Source of the DNA: Callorhinchus milii
Lineage: Eukaryota
Reading direction: 5' to 3'
Assembly: GCF_018977255.1 (NCBI RefSeq)
Contig: NW_024704743.1
Span: 50,780,001 to 50,844,000 of the forward strand
Length of the DNA: 64,000 bases
Shown here: positions 50,421-61,708 of the stretch, piece after piece
Layout: each line of letters opens with the position of its first letter
Numbering within the stretch: the first letter of the stretch is position 1
Program-made: the position numbers and the translations under genes
The notes under the pieces: model-generated
Database searches by the model: none
What the model was told of the DNA's origin: nothing
The model's input: only the letters and a program-made list of their open reading frames with translations

Positions 50421-51384
50421 TCTTAAAATACTATGCTCACACCAGATTAGGTTTGCGAGCAGGTTGAGAAGGAATAGATCCCCACTCCAACTTTCAATTA
50501 TTCCTAGTACTGAAGAATAAAAGAAAATTATAGGGTTAAAATCCTGGCAAATAATTCAGGAATACAACAAAGTCTTGGTAATTCTGCAATTTGGCTTAGT
50601 ATAACCAATTGGAGCGTACCACAAAGGCCTTAATGAAAGCTGCTGCATTTGACATAAACTTTTAATGGTAACTCTAAATTTAAGAACATTTTAACATAAA
50701 TGTGATGATACATATGGTTCTTTTTTGAGTAGAAAGGAATGAATGAATGAAATAATGCAACAGTAGTCTTACGGTTTGTCAGTAAAATTACAGAACACTC
50801 TAACAAATTCGTTTTAAAAAAGCTCGAGAGTAATGGGGAAAAAAATCACGATTCAAAGAAAATAAAGACCAGAAAAGACTTTTGCAGGCAATTTGCTTTG
50901 TGATCTTTTGGGCTAAGAAACAGACTAATAATAAAGCATCGAGTGTTGTCACATTGTGGAAGTGGCTATTACTGTAGGGACTTTACAAATAGACTTCAAC
51001 CATGAATGTGTAGAGGTGGGCACAACTTAGAAGGTGAGAAAACAGACTGTGGGATCCAACTCTCTCCAGTATGAACATGGCCATCAAAAGCTTATTTTTT
51101 ATTCAACGAGGTCTTTTAAAACTATAATAGCTCTTCATACCATCACGATGAGTGAATTCTCCAGGTCAGTTCACCTTACGATATCAACACTCAGTTATGT
51201 AAAACTACTGGTGAATAAGTGACAGGAAAATATAAGTAAAACGCAGGATATTAGAGCAAAAGATAATTCTTTTAGCTACTTGTTTGTTAAAACAAAAAGA
51301 GTGATATTCATTTTAAAGGTTTGTGTGAAAATAATAGTATATGTGTGTCAGCAGACTCTTGTGAACAGTGTAGTTAGAGTTAAA

Positions 51385-51600
51385 GTGAAAATGAGAATCA
51401 TTCTTTTCCAAAGAGGGTGGTGAGAAGGTGCAGAGGCAGAATCAATTGGGAACTTTAAAAGGGAGAAAATAGATATTTGAGAAGTAAGTGTATTAACGAT
51501 TGTGGAGAAAAGGCTGAGAAATGGGATTAAAAGATCTGTCATGATCCAATAAAATGGCAGAACAGGCTAGATAGCCAACTGGCCTACTTCTGTTACTATG
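51385..51600 (+). mobile_element. CR1 3' fragment
   Basis: atcattcttttccaaagagggtggtgaga..atagatatt..catgatccaataaaatggcagaacaggct. Confidence 0.7.
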
Positions 51601-51672
51601 AATTAGAGTCTGTTTTATATTATAAATGCCACAGACCTGAAATTATAACTAGTTTACAACTGTAGGACAATC

Positions 51673-51886
51673 TTGTCTTAAAATGTAAGATTATGCAGAA
51701 TTTTAGTTTGGAAGCTATTTGAGATTCAGAGATTCAAAGTAGACGGTATGGCTCTTCAGCCCATTCAGTCCAGCTGGTGTTTATATTCCACATGAGTTTA
51801 TTTTTAAATACTGTGAAAAAACAGCCTCCAAATTTTCACTCAAATTAAGAATTCTCCACAATTTACAATCTTACATTTTAAGGCAA
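51673..51886. mobile_element. Palindromic MITE-like element with a short CR1-like tail inserted (about 51720-51795)
   Basis: ttgtcttaaaatgtaagatt pairs with aatcttacattttaaggcaa at 19 of 20 positions. Confidence 0.7.
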
Positions 51887-51989
51887 AATGGTCTTAGATG
51901 AAATTTCAAGCTTCACAAACTTGCCTGCGGTTTCTAGACAGATTGACTCCTGCGTTCAAACATTACCTCCACCTGATAAAAAATGATCA

Positions 51990-52090
51990 AAAGAACAAAG
52001 GAACATAGAAAAACAGGAACAGGAGGAGGCTATTCAGCCCATCAAGCCAGCTCCACCAGTTTTAGACAGATCTTGGCAGATCTTTTCATT
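51990..52090 (-). mobile_element. CR1 3' terminus
   Basis: gaacatagaa..caggaggaggctattcagcccatcaagcc. Confidence 0.75.
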
Positions 52091-52111
52091 CCAATGCCCA
52101 TCTTTTTCACC

Positions 52112-52442
52112 GTGGAATCCTGTAGCTCAGTGGTTAGAGCACTCGCTTTGCAAGCGAGAGACCTGAGTTCAAATCCAGGCAGAGGGCGAATCCTTGGGCA
52201 AGTTTCCTTACTCCACACAGAGCCTAATAATAATCCCTCCAAAACCAAAAACAATAATAAATTGGTCATTTTCAATCTATGACTGTTTGTGGGACATTGC
52301 TGTGCACAATTGGCTGCCGCGTTCGCCCACAAATATACAGTCAATTCACTTTACAGTGTGTTCTGTGAAGCGCTTTGGGACGTCCTCTCGACGTGAAAAG
52401 TGCTATATCAAATGCAAGGATTATTATTATTATTATTATTAT
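52112..52442 (+). mobile_element. tRNA-derived SINE, short variant, young subfamily
   Basis: Near-identical to 44905-45229; long pure (tta)n tail. Confidence 0.95.
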
Positions 52443-52646
52443 ATTGCTTAATCTGTCTACCACTCAAATTCTGTCCATCTCACTTCTATATATGTCTACA
52501 GGTGCCAAGAAGTAAGGAGTATGAACTAATAATATTACAATGACATACAAAGAGTGAGGCAGAAGGAAGAAAATGTGCAAATAAACTGTGCCTTGCATAA
52601 ATAGGGTGCACAAGTAACAGGTCGACTGAACGTTTTACGTTGCAAC

Positions 52647-52957
52647 AGTCAGAGGATATTATGGGACATGAAGAAAAGGTGGGAAATTAAAGAATTGCTT
52701 CAGGCCAGTGAACTGAAGAATATCTGTGAGGAAGATGAGACAATGCTTCTGAAGTACTCATTGAGATTGGTTGGGTGGCGAGGGGTCATCCCCAGAGTTG
52801 AGATCTGGAACAGGAATTAAGCAGCCAGGAACAGGATCATGTAAGCTAACATAGGAGTAAATGTAGGCAGTAGACAATAAAGCCTGTTCTAACATTGAAT
52901 TTATAGCAATTCTTTAATTTCCCACCTTTTCTTCATGTCCCATAATATCCTCTGACT
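52647..52957. repeat. Perfect 53-bp inverted repeat (52647-52699 and 52905-52957)
   Basis: agtcagaggatattatgggacatgaagaaaaggtgggaaattaaagaattgct and its exact reverse complement. Confidence 0.95.
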
Positions 52958-53420
52958 AGTTATTGATTTCTCTCTCTCTTCTGATGCTGTCCATCTCATA
53001 TACTCACAGCCCTTTATTTAAAGATCGCACAGAACAGTGGTTTGCAGAACAGTGGAGTTACAATTTGAGGCATTTCATAACTTTAACATCAAATCTAATA
53101 TGAAATGTCACAAATTTTACCCTTGTATAACTCCATTACCTTTAATCGCATATTACTTATTTAATCATCCAACCTCCTCTTTGAGAGCTAAATGCCGCTC
53201 ATCCATTAGAAAACAAGAAAAGTCCGCCATTCATTAAGCAAAGTAATAGTTGATTAAGGATAAATTACAAAGTTTATGAATTCCCTCGTTACTTTGAGAC
53301 TTGAATTTCCACAGGGCACAAATCCAAACCCTCAGAAGTCCAAACGTTTGTGACACATCCCTTAAACGTTTTTGGTATTAACATCAGAGCAGATAACAAA
53401 CAACAAGAGTCTTTGCAGTT

Positions 53421-53439
53421 TGTCCACGAGGGGGCACTG
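53421..53439 (+). promoter_or_regulatory. Candidate CTCF motif (strong)
   Basis: tgtccacgagggggcactg is close to consensus and lies in non-repeat sequence. Confidence 0.55.
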
Positions 53440-54329
53440 TTAACTTGGCAATCTGATAGTTGCGGTCAGAGAGATTCTGGTGGAGTCCATCACCAAATTA
53501 CGTGTAAATGTGAACAAACACATAACATTATGATTGCCGTTTCTGAATACACAAGCCACATTTGTCATGAAAAAATTGCATTTGCTGAAAAAAATAATTA
53601 AGATTCCTTGACCAGTAATAGAACCATCGCCTTGTTATTCAGTAACTTGATGTATCATTTTGCAAGATTCCTTTTATTTAAAGGAATTCTCCAGCTTTCA
53701 GAAGCTCTTAAGACCAAATGTTCTAAATTATGCATGAATAGTCTTTCGCAACGTAATGAATTTGTTGGGTACTGATGAAATCATTTGGAAAGAGTGAAAG
53801 ATTTTAAGGAGAAAGGTTTTACATCTCCCAGATGCATACATAAAATTCCATTTATATTATTAATCAAGATGGTCAATGTAAAACAAATGTCCTACTAAGG
53901 AGATATGAAGAGGATTGAAAGCCGAACACTCCCAATAACACGCTCAATGTCATGCACTGATTCCCACAATTAGTAAATGAGTCTCTTTGCCTTGGTAGGT
54001 TTCTGAAAGGAACAGTCAAAAGCTTCTAAACAATGTTATAGACCCCTTACCTAACTTTGAATGAGTTTAATACCTACTGATGCTTACCTATGTTCACCTA
54101 CAAAATACACAGTCACTACACTTTACAATAAATTCTATGAAACACTTTGAAAAACTCTCCAGGTTTGAAAGGTGCTCTATCAAATAATAAATGCATGGAT
54201 TACTCTTAGTTTATGAGTTTCATACTATAAAATGACACAAGATGTGATTGTACATTGGACAAAATGTTTTAAAAATGGTTAGGCTCATTGAAAACAATTT
54301 AATTTCACAGCTGAGCTCACTTATTCTGA

Positions 54330-54745
54330 GGCCATCCTGGCTCAGTGGTAGCATTCTCGCCTCTGAGTCAGAAGGCAGTGAGTTCAAGCCCCAATCCGGA
54401 ACCCATATAGTCTATGATGACTTTCCATTGCACAGCTGGGTTGTGCTGCAATGTCGGAGGTGCCGACCCTTCAGCTGAGACATTAACCTGCCTGCCTATT
54501 TAAGATCCCATGGCACCTTTCAAAAAGACAAGGACGTTTCTCCCTGTGCACCTGGCCAACAATCCTCCAAATAAAATTGGTCACTCACTTCATGGCTGTT
54601 TGAGGTACATTGCTGTGTGCAATTTGGCTGCTGTGTTTGCCCAAAAAATACACGTAGTCACATCACTTTACAATATATCCTGTGAAGCGGTTTGAGACGT
54701 CTCAACAACATGATGAAGCTCTATATCAAATGCAAGGATTATATT
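54330..54745 (+). mobile_element. Deu-domain SINE, full length
   Basis: cctggctcagtggtagcattctcgcctctgagtcagaagg head, Deu-type core and tail. Confidence 0.85.
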
Positions 54746-55026
54746 ATAGGTCTTTGAAGTAATTATAAGAATTAACATTAATCATTGTTCTGCACCTTAA
54801 AAAATGCAAATAGAATAAAATGAAAACTCACACTGAAGGATCTTTTATCACTATGTTGTTGAACCTAGGTGAGACAAAGCCACAAATAGTGAATATATAT
54901 TTACGCATTAAACTCAGAGAAACAGTAAGTTTAAGTATAGCACCAGTCACCTAGCTTTCAACAGCTGTGTTGTGATCTTTCTTATGTGTCTACTCAGATT
55001 ACACCACATATTCCACTGTCAGCAAG

Positions 55027-55259
55027 AGATATTCCACCTGCAATAAAAAAATTACTTTATTTTCTTAGCATTTCAGAGCATCCAGAATTTGGCAAATTCT
55101 TAAAAAACAGCCTAAATTTTGAAGCTGATTTCCTGTAAGTTCTTCCAAGAACAACAGGAAGCCAATTTCAAAGTTAAGATTGAATTCAACCCTTCTGCCA
55201 AAATCTGGATGCTCTGAAATGCTAAGAAAACAGCAAATCCATACCCAAGTGGAATTTCT
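55027..55259. mobile_element. Palindromic MITE-like element
   Basis: Inner arms 55060-55096 and 55194-55230 pair at 35 of 37 positions; outer agatattccacctg / caagtggaatttct. Confidence 0.8.
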
Positions 55260-55333
55260 GTCCACTTATTTGAGTCAAGTAAGTTAAAAGATTCACTAAT
55301 AAATGATTATGAATTCTAAAGCAAAACAGTACA

Positions 55334-55442
55334 TAATAATAATCCTTGCATTGATATAGTGCCTTATCATGTTTTTGAGACATCTCAAAGCGCTTCACAG
55401 AATATACTGTAAAGTGAATTGACTGTATATTTTGTTGGCGAA
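55334..55442 (-). mobile_element. SINE 3' fragment
   Basis: Family tail match. Confidence 0.85.
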
Positions 55443-56240
55443 AGAATGATCTGGAACATAACAAGGATTAAACGTTAAGAAGCAATTTGACCTTTGAAGT
55501 TTAGTTTGCTAATACAAGTCTTGGGTGTTATTTTCACTGACTATGAATTGCTGCTTTACTGTTCTTCCCTATATCATCCCACATGTTGCTTCATGAGACT
55601 CATCTATCCTGACAAATCCAGCCTCGGTTGAAACCTTTAGGCAGCAGAATAGGAGATTGAATCCTTTAAACGGCTTTTCAATTGCTTTTACAAAGGTAGA
55701 TAAAGTCAAATAAGTTGTTTAAGAGATGATAGTTCAATTAACAGGTTGTTTAACAACAGATTGAATACATCATTTATTATTTTGAAATATTAATGAAACA
55801 CACCACTCTCATTATAACTTGACTGTTGGGAGACAACCATTTTGCATGTTTTAATGAGGCCCATGTTAATGTGAGTGCCTTATTAGCACAGCCTAAAATA
55901 AAAAATGTTGTAGAACCACGATTCACAGGCTTCAGTTGTCTTATTTGGGTAGGGAGAAGCAGGAGGGAGCATTGGCAGATGATGAAGATTTTATCTTCTG
56001 TGCATATTTTCATTAATTTGCTTATTTAAATATACGGCATATTCTAAGTACTGTATACAGTTTGCATCTGACAAATAGTGAAACAGCTGATCTGAATGGT
56101 CAGCAGATCAATCTCCAGCTGCTGATACCATTACTTTTTCAATGAAAGGTGTCACATCAAATGTAAGGATTCTAAGCCATCATAAGATTCAAACAAGTAA
56201 TGGATATCATATGTAACGCCTTTCAAGATAGGAGCATGTC

Positions 56241-56324
56241 TCACAGGTAAAGTTTCACAGGTAAAGTGTATGTTTCACAGGTAAAGTTTCACAGGTAAAG
56301 TGTATGTTTCACAGGTAAAGTGTA
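56241..56324 (+). repeat. Compound tandem repeat: 5 copies of tcacaggtaaag at spacings 14/20/14/20
   Basis: Read directly; sits in a decayed minus-strand SINE tail. Confidence 0.9.
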
Positions 56325-57389
56325 GTGACAATGCATCTTGACAACAATCCAGCCATTCACCATATGGCGGTTTGTCGAATCTTGCTGGGACAAATGACTC
56401 GTAGGTTTCCTTACATAAACAGTCATTATAAATTACTTGATAAGAATGACGTAAAAAGCACTTAAGACATTTTGAGATATTTTGGCATATTAAGACTTGC
56501 CTTCCTCACTTGTTTGTTTGTTTGTTTGTTTGTCTTTTCCTTTCCATTCCATCCTTCCTTTTGCTCAGAGTCCTTATAACAAAGTATGTTTGAAATTGCA
56601 GGACGTTTGAAAAGTGAAGCCTTTTTGAATCTCATTGTTAATTTTATGCATTTTGTGATAAACACTACCTAAGTTCATTGTGAAATTTAATTTATGTGAA
56701 ATAAAGTTTTCATCCTTGTCAGGATGTGGTGGAAACAATGAGTATTTAGTTTGGGAAAATAGAAATAGAATACTCCCACTGGGAAAGGGTAGAGTTGTAC
56801 GGAATGTGTAATGCTCGAAAGATAGACAAGTGATAAGACCTAGTATAGAGCAAAAGTCTTTGAGTTAGAACAGTAGAGCTTGCAATGTGATCTCGTGCTG
56901 GGTTGATCATCCAATGGGGTTAATCTGCTTTCTTTGGTCCATGGAGAGATTGTGTGGCTGTGGGCTAAGTGCTATTCTGCTCACTTTAGAAAGTTTAGAG
57001 AATCTGTCCCTGTACACCCTAAGAAATCGCTGTAACCTAATTTTAAATTATAAGTAACCTGACATTAGAAATGAAAAATTAAGTTATAAATAAATGTGAT
57101 GTCAATTTAAGAGTCTAAAATGTGCGCAAGAAAAAAGTCATTGAATTTTAAAAGAGAGAATTCCGCTGAGCCATATCAATGAATACATCAGATGGAGCAT
57201 ATAATAAGCCCACAAAGAGAACATGAAGCAATGCTTGTTATCGGCATGTTTGGTCTGAAATTCTAGTTGGGGTTATACATAGCGCCGTTGGCAATGTGTT
57301 ATTATGATGCTGAAATCCCATTCCCTTCCAACAATGACAATAACGCTATCTATAACGCCGTTTGGAACTTCAGCCCAATAACATTTTAC

Positions 57390-57690
57390 AATATGTGGTT
57401 GATCGAGTCCCATGTAGTCAAGGCTGACATTACATTGCAGTGTATGAAGAACGTTAGAGTGTTGCAGGTGGTGTCCTTCGGATGAGACTTAAACTGATGT
57501 CCCATTGAGATGGAAATTAAAAAGCCCATGCTATCTTTTAACAAACACTCAAAGAAAATCAGTCATTCACTTTATGGCTTCATGGATGTCATGGAAAAAT
57601 TGGCTGCGCATTTGTCTACAAAATACAGTCACTACACATCCTCTCGACGTGTAAAGCACTATTTGAAGTGAAAGGATATTATTATTGTTT
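57390..57690 (+). mobile_element. Decayed Deu-domain SINE
   Basis: ggctgacattacattgcag..gtgtccttcggatgagacttaaac and tail. Confidence 0.65.
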
Positions 57691-58294
57691 TAAGGCTTAC
57701 TTTTAGAATGTTTTCAGTTTTAAGCCGATGCGATGATAAATGGGGCAAGTGATGTGATAATTATGAAAAATTATATACACAATTGAGTTAAGCAGATATT
57801 ATCTGATTTGGCATTGAAGTCCTGGAATCTTTACATTGTCCTCAACATTAGACAATCAGTTGTGGTCTACACATTATGCTCTGTGTTAGACGATGCAGTC
57901 ATGGTCTACACATTGTACTGCACATTAAACCTTCACAAGATCATCTAACATTAGTACTGAGAATATCGAGCCAATGAGGGAGACATTTACTTGGGATGCT
58001 TTGCTCATACTTGCATTGCCATTTTCACTCATGGAAATTGTATCCAACAATTTCATAAGTAGTATTCATTATTTTTCTGAATGTTTTGTAAGCAGATTTT
58101 TAAAGAACTTCCTGTAAGCAGCTCCAAATAACACAACCATTTTTTTGTGAACTTCACAGTAAGTTTAAGGCAGCTTTTAAACTGCAGAGAATGTAGCAGT
58201 TCAGATTCACCTATAGTTCGAAATCAGTTGCAAGATTACTAGCTCTCTGTAAATATGTGAACATATTCAGCTAAAGGAACACAGCTTGTTGCTC

Positions 58295-58440
58295 AGCCAG
58301 TCAGTCATACAGACCATAAATCACTCACTCAGTCAGTCACTCAATCAGTCATATTGACAGTCAGTCTGTCAATCAGTCAGACAGTCAGACAGTTAGTCAG
58401 ATAGTCAGTCAGACAGAGTCACTCACTCGTTCACTCATGT
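58295..58440. repeat. Degenerate (cagt)n/(cact)n microsatellite
   Basis: Read directly. Confidence 0.85.
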
Positions 58441-58639
58441 TCACCATCATCCAGTTCTTTTTGAATTCCCACTTTGTCACTGGGAAGACAATTTATTTTC
58501 AAAGGAGGTGTATTGCAGTACAAATTCTGTCAAAGCATGTTTTATGCCACCCTAAAATCGTCAGGTATATTTACATTTTCCAGGGATAGGTTGATTGTTC
58601 ACTCACTTTAATGTTTAGTTCATGCTGTAGTCATCACTC

Positions 58640-58755
58640 ATTTCGCCCACAAAATATACAGTCAATTCACTTTATAGTATTTCTGTGAAGCACTTTGAGA
58701 CATCTTGAAGACATGATAAGGTTCTATATCAAATGCAAGGATTATTCTTATTATT
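58640..58755 (+). mobile_element. SINE 3' fragment
   Basis: tttcgcccacaaaatatacagtcaattcacttta..atcaaatgcaaggattatt. Confidence 0.85.
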
Positions 58756-59474
58756 TGTAAGAACCTGGAAATCACTACACTTGGTGGCTGCAATTGTCGA
58801 ATAATGAACGTCACCCACAACCTTTGACCTCCCCCCACCATTTTGTTTTTGACAGCTACATGTTAAATTTGTGTTGGATCAAACCGATCAGATGCCAGTG
58901 TGCCAAAGAGCCCATTGATTATTAATTAAAACCTTCACATTCATGTGGCCTTTGATGAATGAAAAGGGCATGTGTGGCACTTGCTGCTGAATCAAACCAT
59001 TAGTGGAATGATTTAAAATATTCAGTCAAATGATGTGTGTGTGTGCTCGGGATGTATGACGTGACTATGCTGGGAAATAAAAAAGGTTCTTCTTGATGCT
59101 TTTTATTGAACCCTCCCAAGGATCAGTATGGAGCTAAATACAGTTAAGGGCTTTCCAATACATTGCCTCTGTATTGCATGGAGTTTGCACTACACCAACA
59201 GCCATCCCCTTGCTTTTATCTGTGTGAGATTCCCCAATTAGTGATAAATTAATTTTGTGCTGTTGTTCTCACATTTGCTGAATACTGGATTGTTTGTCTT
59301 AACTCATATTACATAAAGCAGGTTTTCAGCGAAGATTTTCATCCCTTCAGTGTAGGCTTAGTATGAACTCAGGTCAAGCAGATGAGTATAACATGTTCTT
59401 TAAATATTTTGCATCAGATGGAACTCAGTGTCATGCCTTATAGAATGAGTGGGCTTGTGTGAACGGGGAATAGA

Positions 59475-59670
59475 GACATAGAAATCTAAAGTGCAGAAGG
59501 AGACCATTCAGTCCATCGAGTCCACATCAACTTTCAGAGCAAGGAGATGATTTTAATCCCACCACCCCAGCCTATTCCCCATACCCCTTCAAACCTCTCT
59601 CTTTCATATGCCTGTCTACTTGAAAGATACAATGAACTCTGCCTCCTCCCTACTCAATAGGCGTTCCACA
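59475..59670 (-). mobile_element. CR1 3' end
   Basis: acatagaaatcta..cagaaggagaccattcagtccatcgagtc. Confidence 0.7.
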
Positions 59671-61538
59671 ATGATGTGACACAAAAGGAAAGGGCGGTGA
59701 GAATTGTACTACATTTCAACAAATGAAAGTAGCATCACATCACTCAGTGTTCTGTGACTGTTGAACATCAACCCAGATGCAGATCAAGGAGAAACTATTA
59801 TCCATTTACTGTAACCGGGAAAGAAAAAGCTTCCAATGGCCTTAACCCACTAATGTCCCTATTATTATGCAAGAGCGTACTTTTGAGGAAGGTGGTTGAG
59901 ACAAGGTGAATAATGAGAAATAACTGGCTCGTCCTTTAAAGTGGAAACCAGAATGTGCACACAAACAGCCACTGATGGGAGGAGAAAACAAGTCGGAGCC
60001 AAATACTTTGGATGTTCTTATGTCAATTTGAGAGAGTTTATCAAACTGGTGCCAAATAGTTCCATTCATTTATAATCCAATTATTCTTTCTGCTGATCCC
60101 ACTGACTGTTTTGCTATAAAGCACGTGGGAAGATACTATGGGCTACTCTTTCCAATGGACTATTAGACTGTGCACACGTGCATATATTTTATGACAAATT
60201 ATTGGCAGCAATGAATAAATCAAGAGAGAGCCAATATTTACATTTATAGTTCACTTTACAATTTGGTTAATGGTGGCTGAAAGAAATACATCTGTGTTTC
60301 TCTCTGGCCTTCCAAAATGTCTCCCAGTATCCACTCAATCACAACACTCCCACATTAATGAAGCTCTGTGAGTGGAATCGAGGGAAATATTAAGGCATGA
60401 CATTAAAATCAGAATCACACAAAGCACTTAAAGCACACTCATTATCATGACTCTTGCTTCCTTCAATCACTTGGGATTCTATGATTTAGTCAGTTTGAAG
60501 TGTTTCATGTTGTGTATGGGAACGGACTGAATTTCTAATGATGTTTGCCATTAAAAATATGCACATGCAGTTCAAATCAAAGTCCCCATGGGAATGACAG
60601 ACAAGCTGTGCTGGTCAGGTGCCACAGATAGAACTAGAGTTCCTCTACTCTGGCCTTTAATGATCACATGGAACATTTTATCATTATATTTTGCTGCTGT
60701 AGCCAGTGTGCTAGCGCACACACATTATATATCTGAGAGTTTCCTTTACATCTGTGGAAAAATTACAATTCAGCATTTCTGAAGGAAGCCTTTCCTGTTT
60801 AACAGTGGATGATATAAAATCACATTGCATGCCTACTGTGCTGAGTATAAAGTTATGTGTTTTTCTTGTTGCTGAAACAAACAGGCTATAAAATGACCTA
60901 GCAGTTCTTAATATTTCCATTTGATACAGTGCCTTCTCAAAGTACAGACTGTATAGTGTAGTGATTGTGTGATTTTTAGGTGGACACGCAGCCCATTTGC
61001 ACACAGCAGTGTCACAACAGCTGTGAAGAGAAGGTAAAGTTAGAATTAAGTAAAATAAGAAAAAGTAAAACGAAAAAAAAAATTCAGTGCTCACTACACA
61101 TTAAAAACTTTGGGGTAATCCTATGATTGTCAGTACATTTATCAATCTGGATGGGCAAATGCATTTTAATCACCATTCTTTCTGAATATGATGCAAAGTA
61201 TTTGAACCACTTTCACTGCATGACTAATATATTTACCTCAGTGGGTGAGTTTACTGTATATTATAAATTAGAGGTTATCAACATTTTTTTTGGACATGAA
61301 AGTTTAACTTTGGAAGAATGTCACATAAATACAATATATGCCAGTCCCATGATAAATTTTCAGTATGATTTTGTTGTTTTAACAAAGAATTTAATCACAA
61401 GCTAGCAAGAACCCAGGTTTGATCTCTGGTCTACACATTTAACTAGTCACATTTGGCAATAGTAACCCTATAATTGGCCTCAGAATCCCCAGCTTCAGAG
61501 CAGCACCTCCCGCACTTGAAGCATGAGACATTTCCGAC

Positions 61539-61708
61539 TTGTCTTAAAATTTAATGTCATACAGAATTTTGGAAAAATCTTTAATCCAGTCGTAATTTGG
61601 AGGCTGTTTTTTCTGTAGTTCTTAAAAAGAGCCAGCTTTCAAATTAAGACTGAATTTAGGAATTTTAGGAATTTTTCAAAATTGTACAAAATCTTTAATT
61701 TTAAGACA
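61539..61708. mobile_element. Palindromic MITE-like element
   Basis: tgtcttaaaatt / aattttaagaca ends and caaattaagactgaattt core. Confidence 0.65.

Noticed and set aside
56241..56324. CRISPR-like array
   Set aside because: Units are contiguous with no unique spacers; the context is eukaryotic and there are no cas genes
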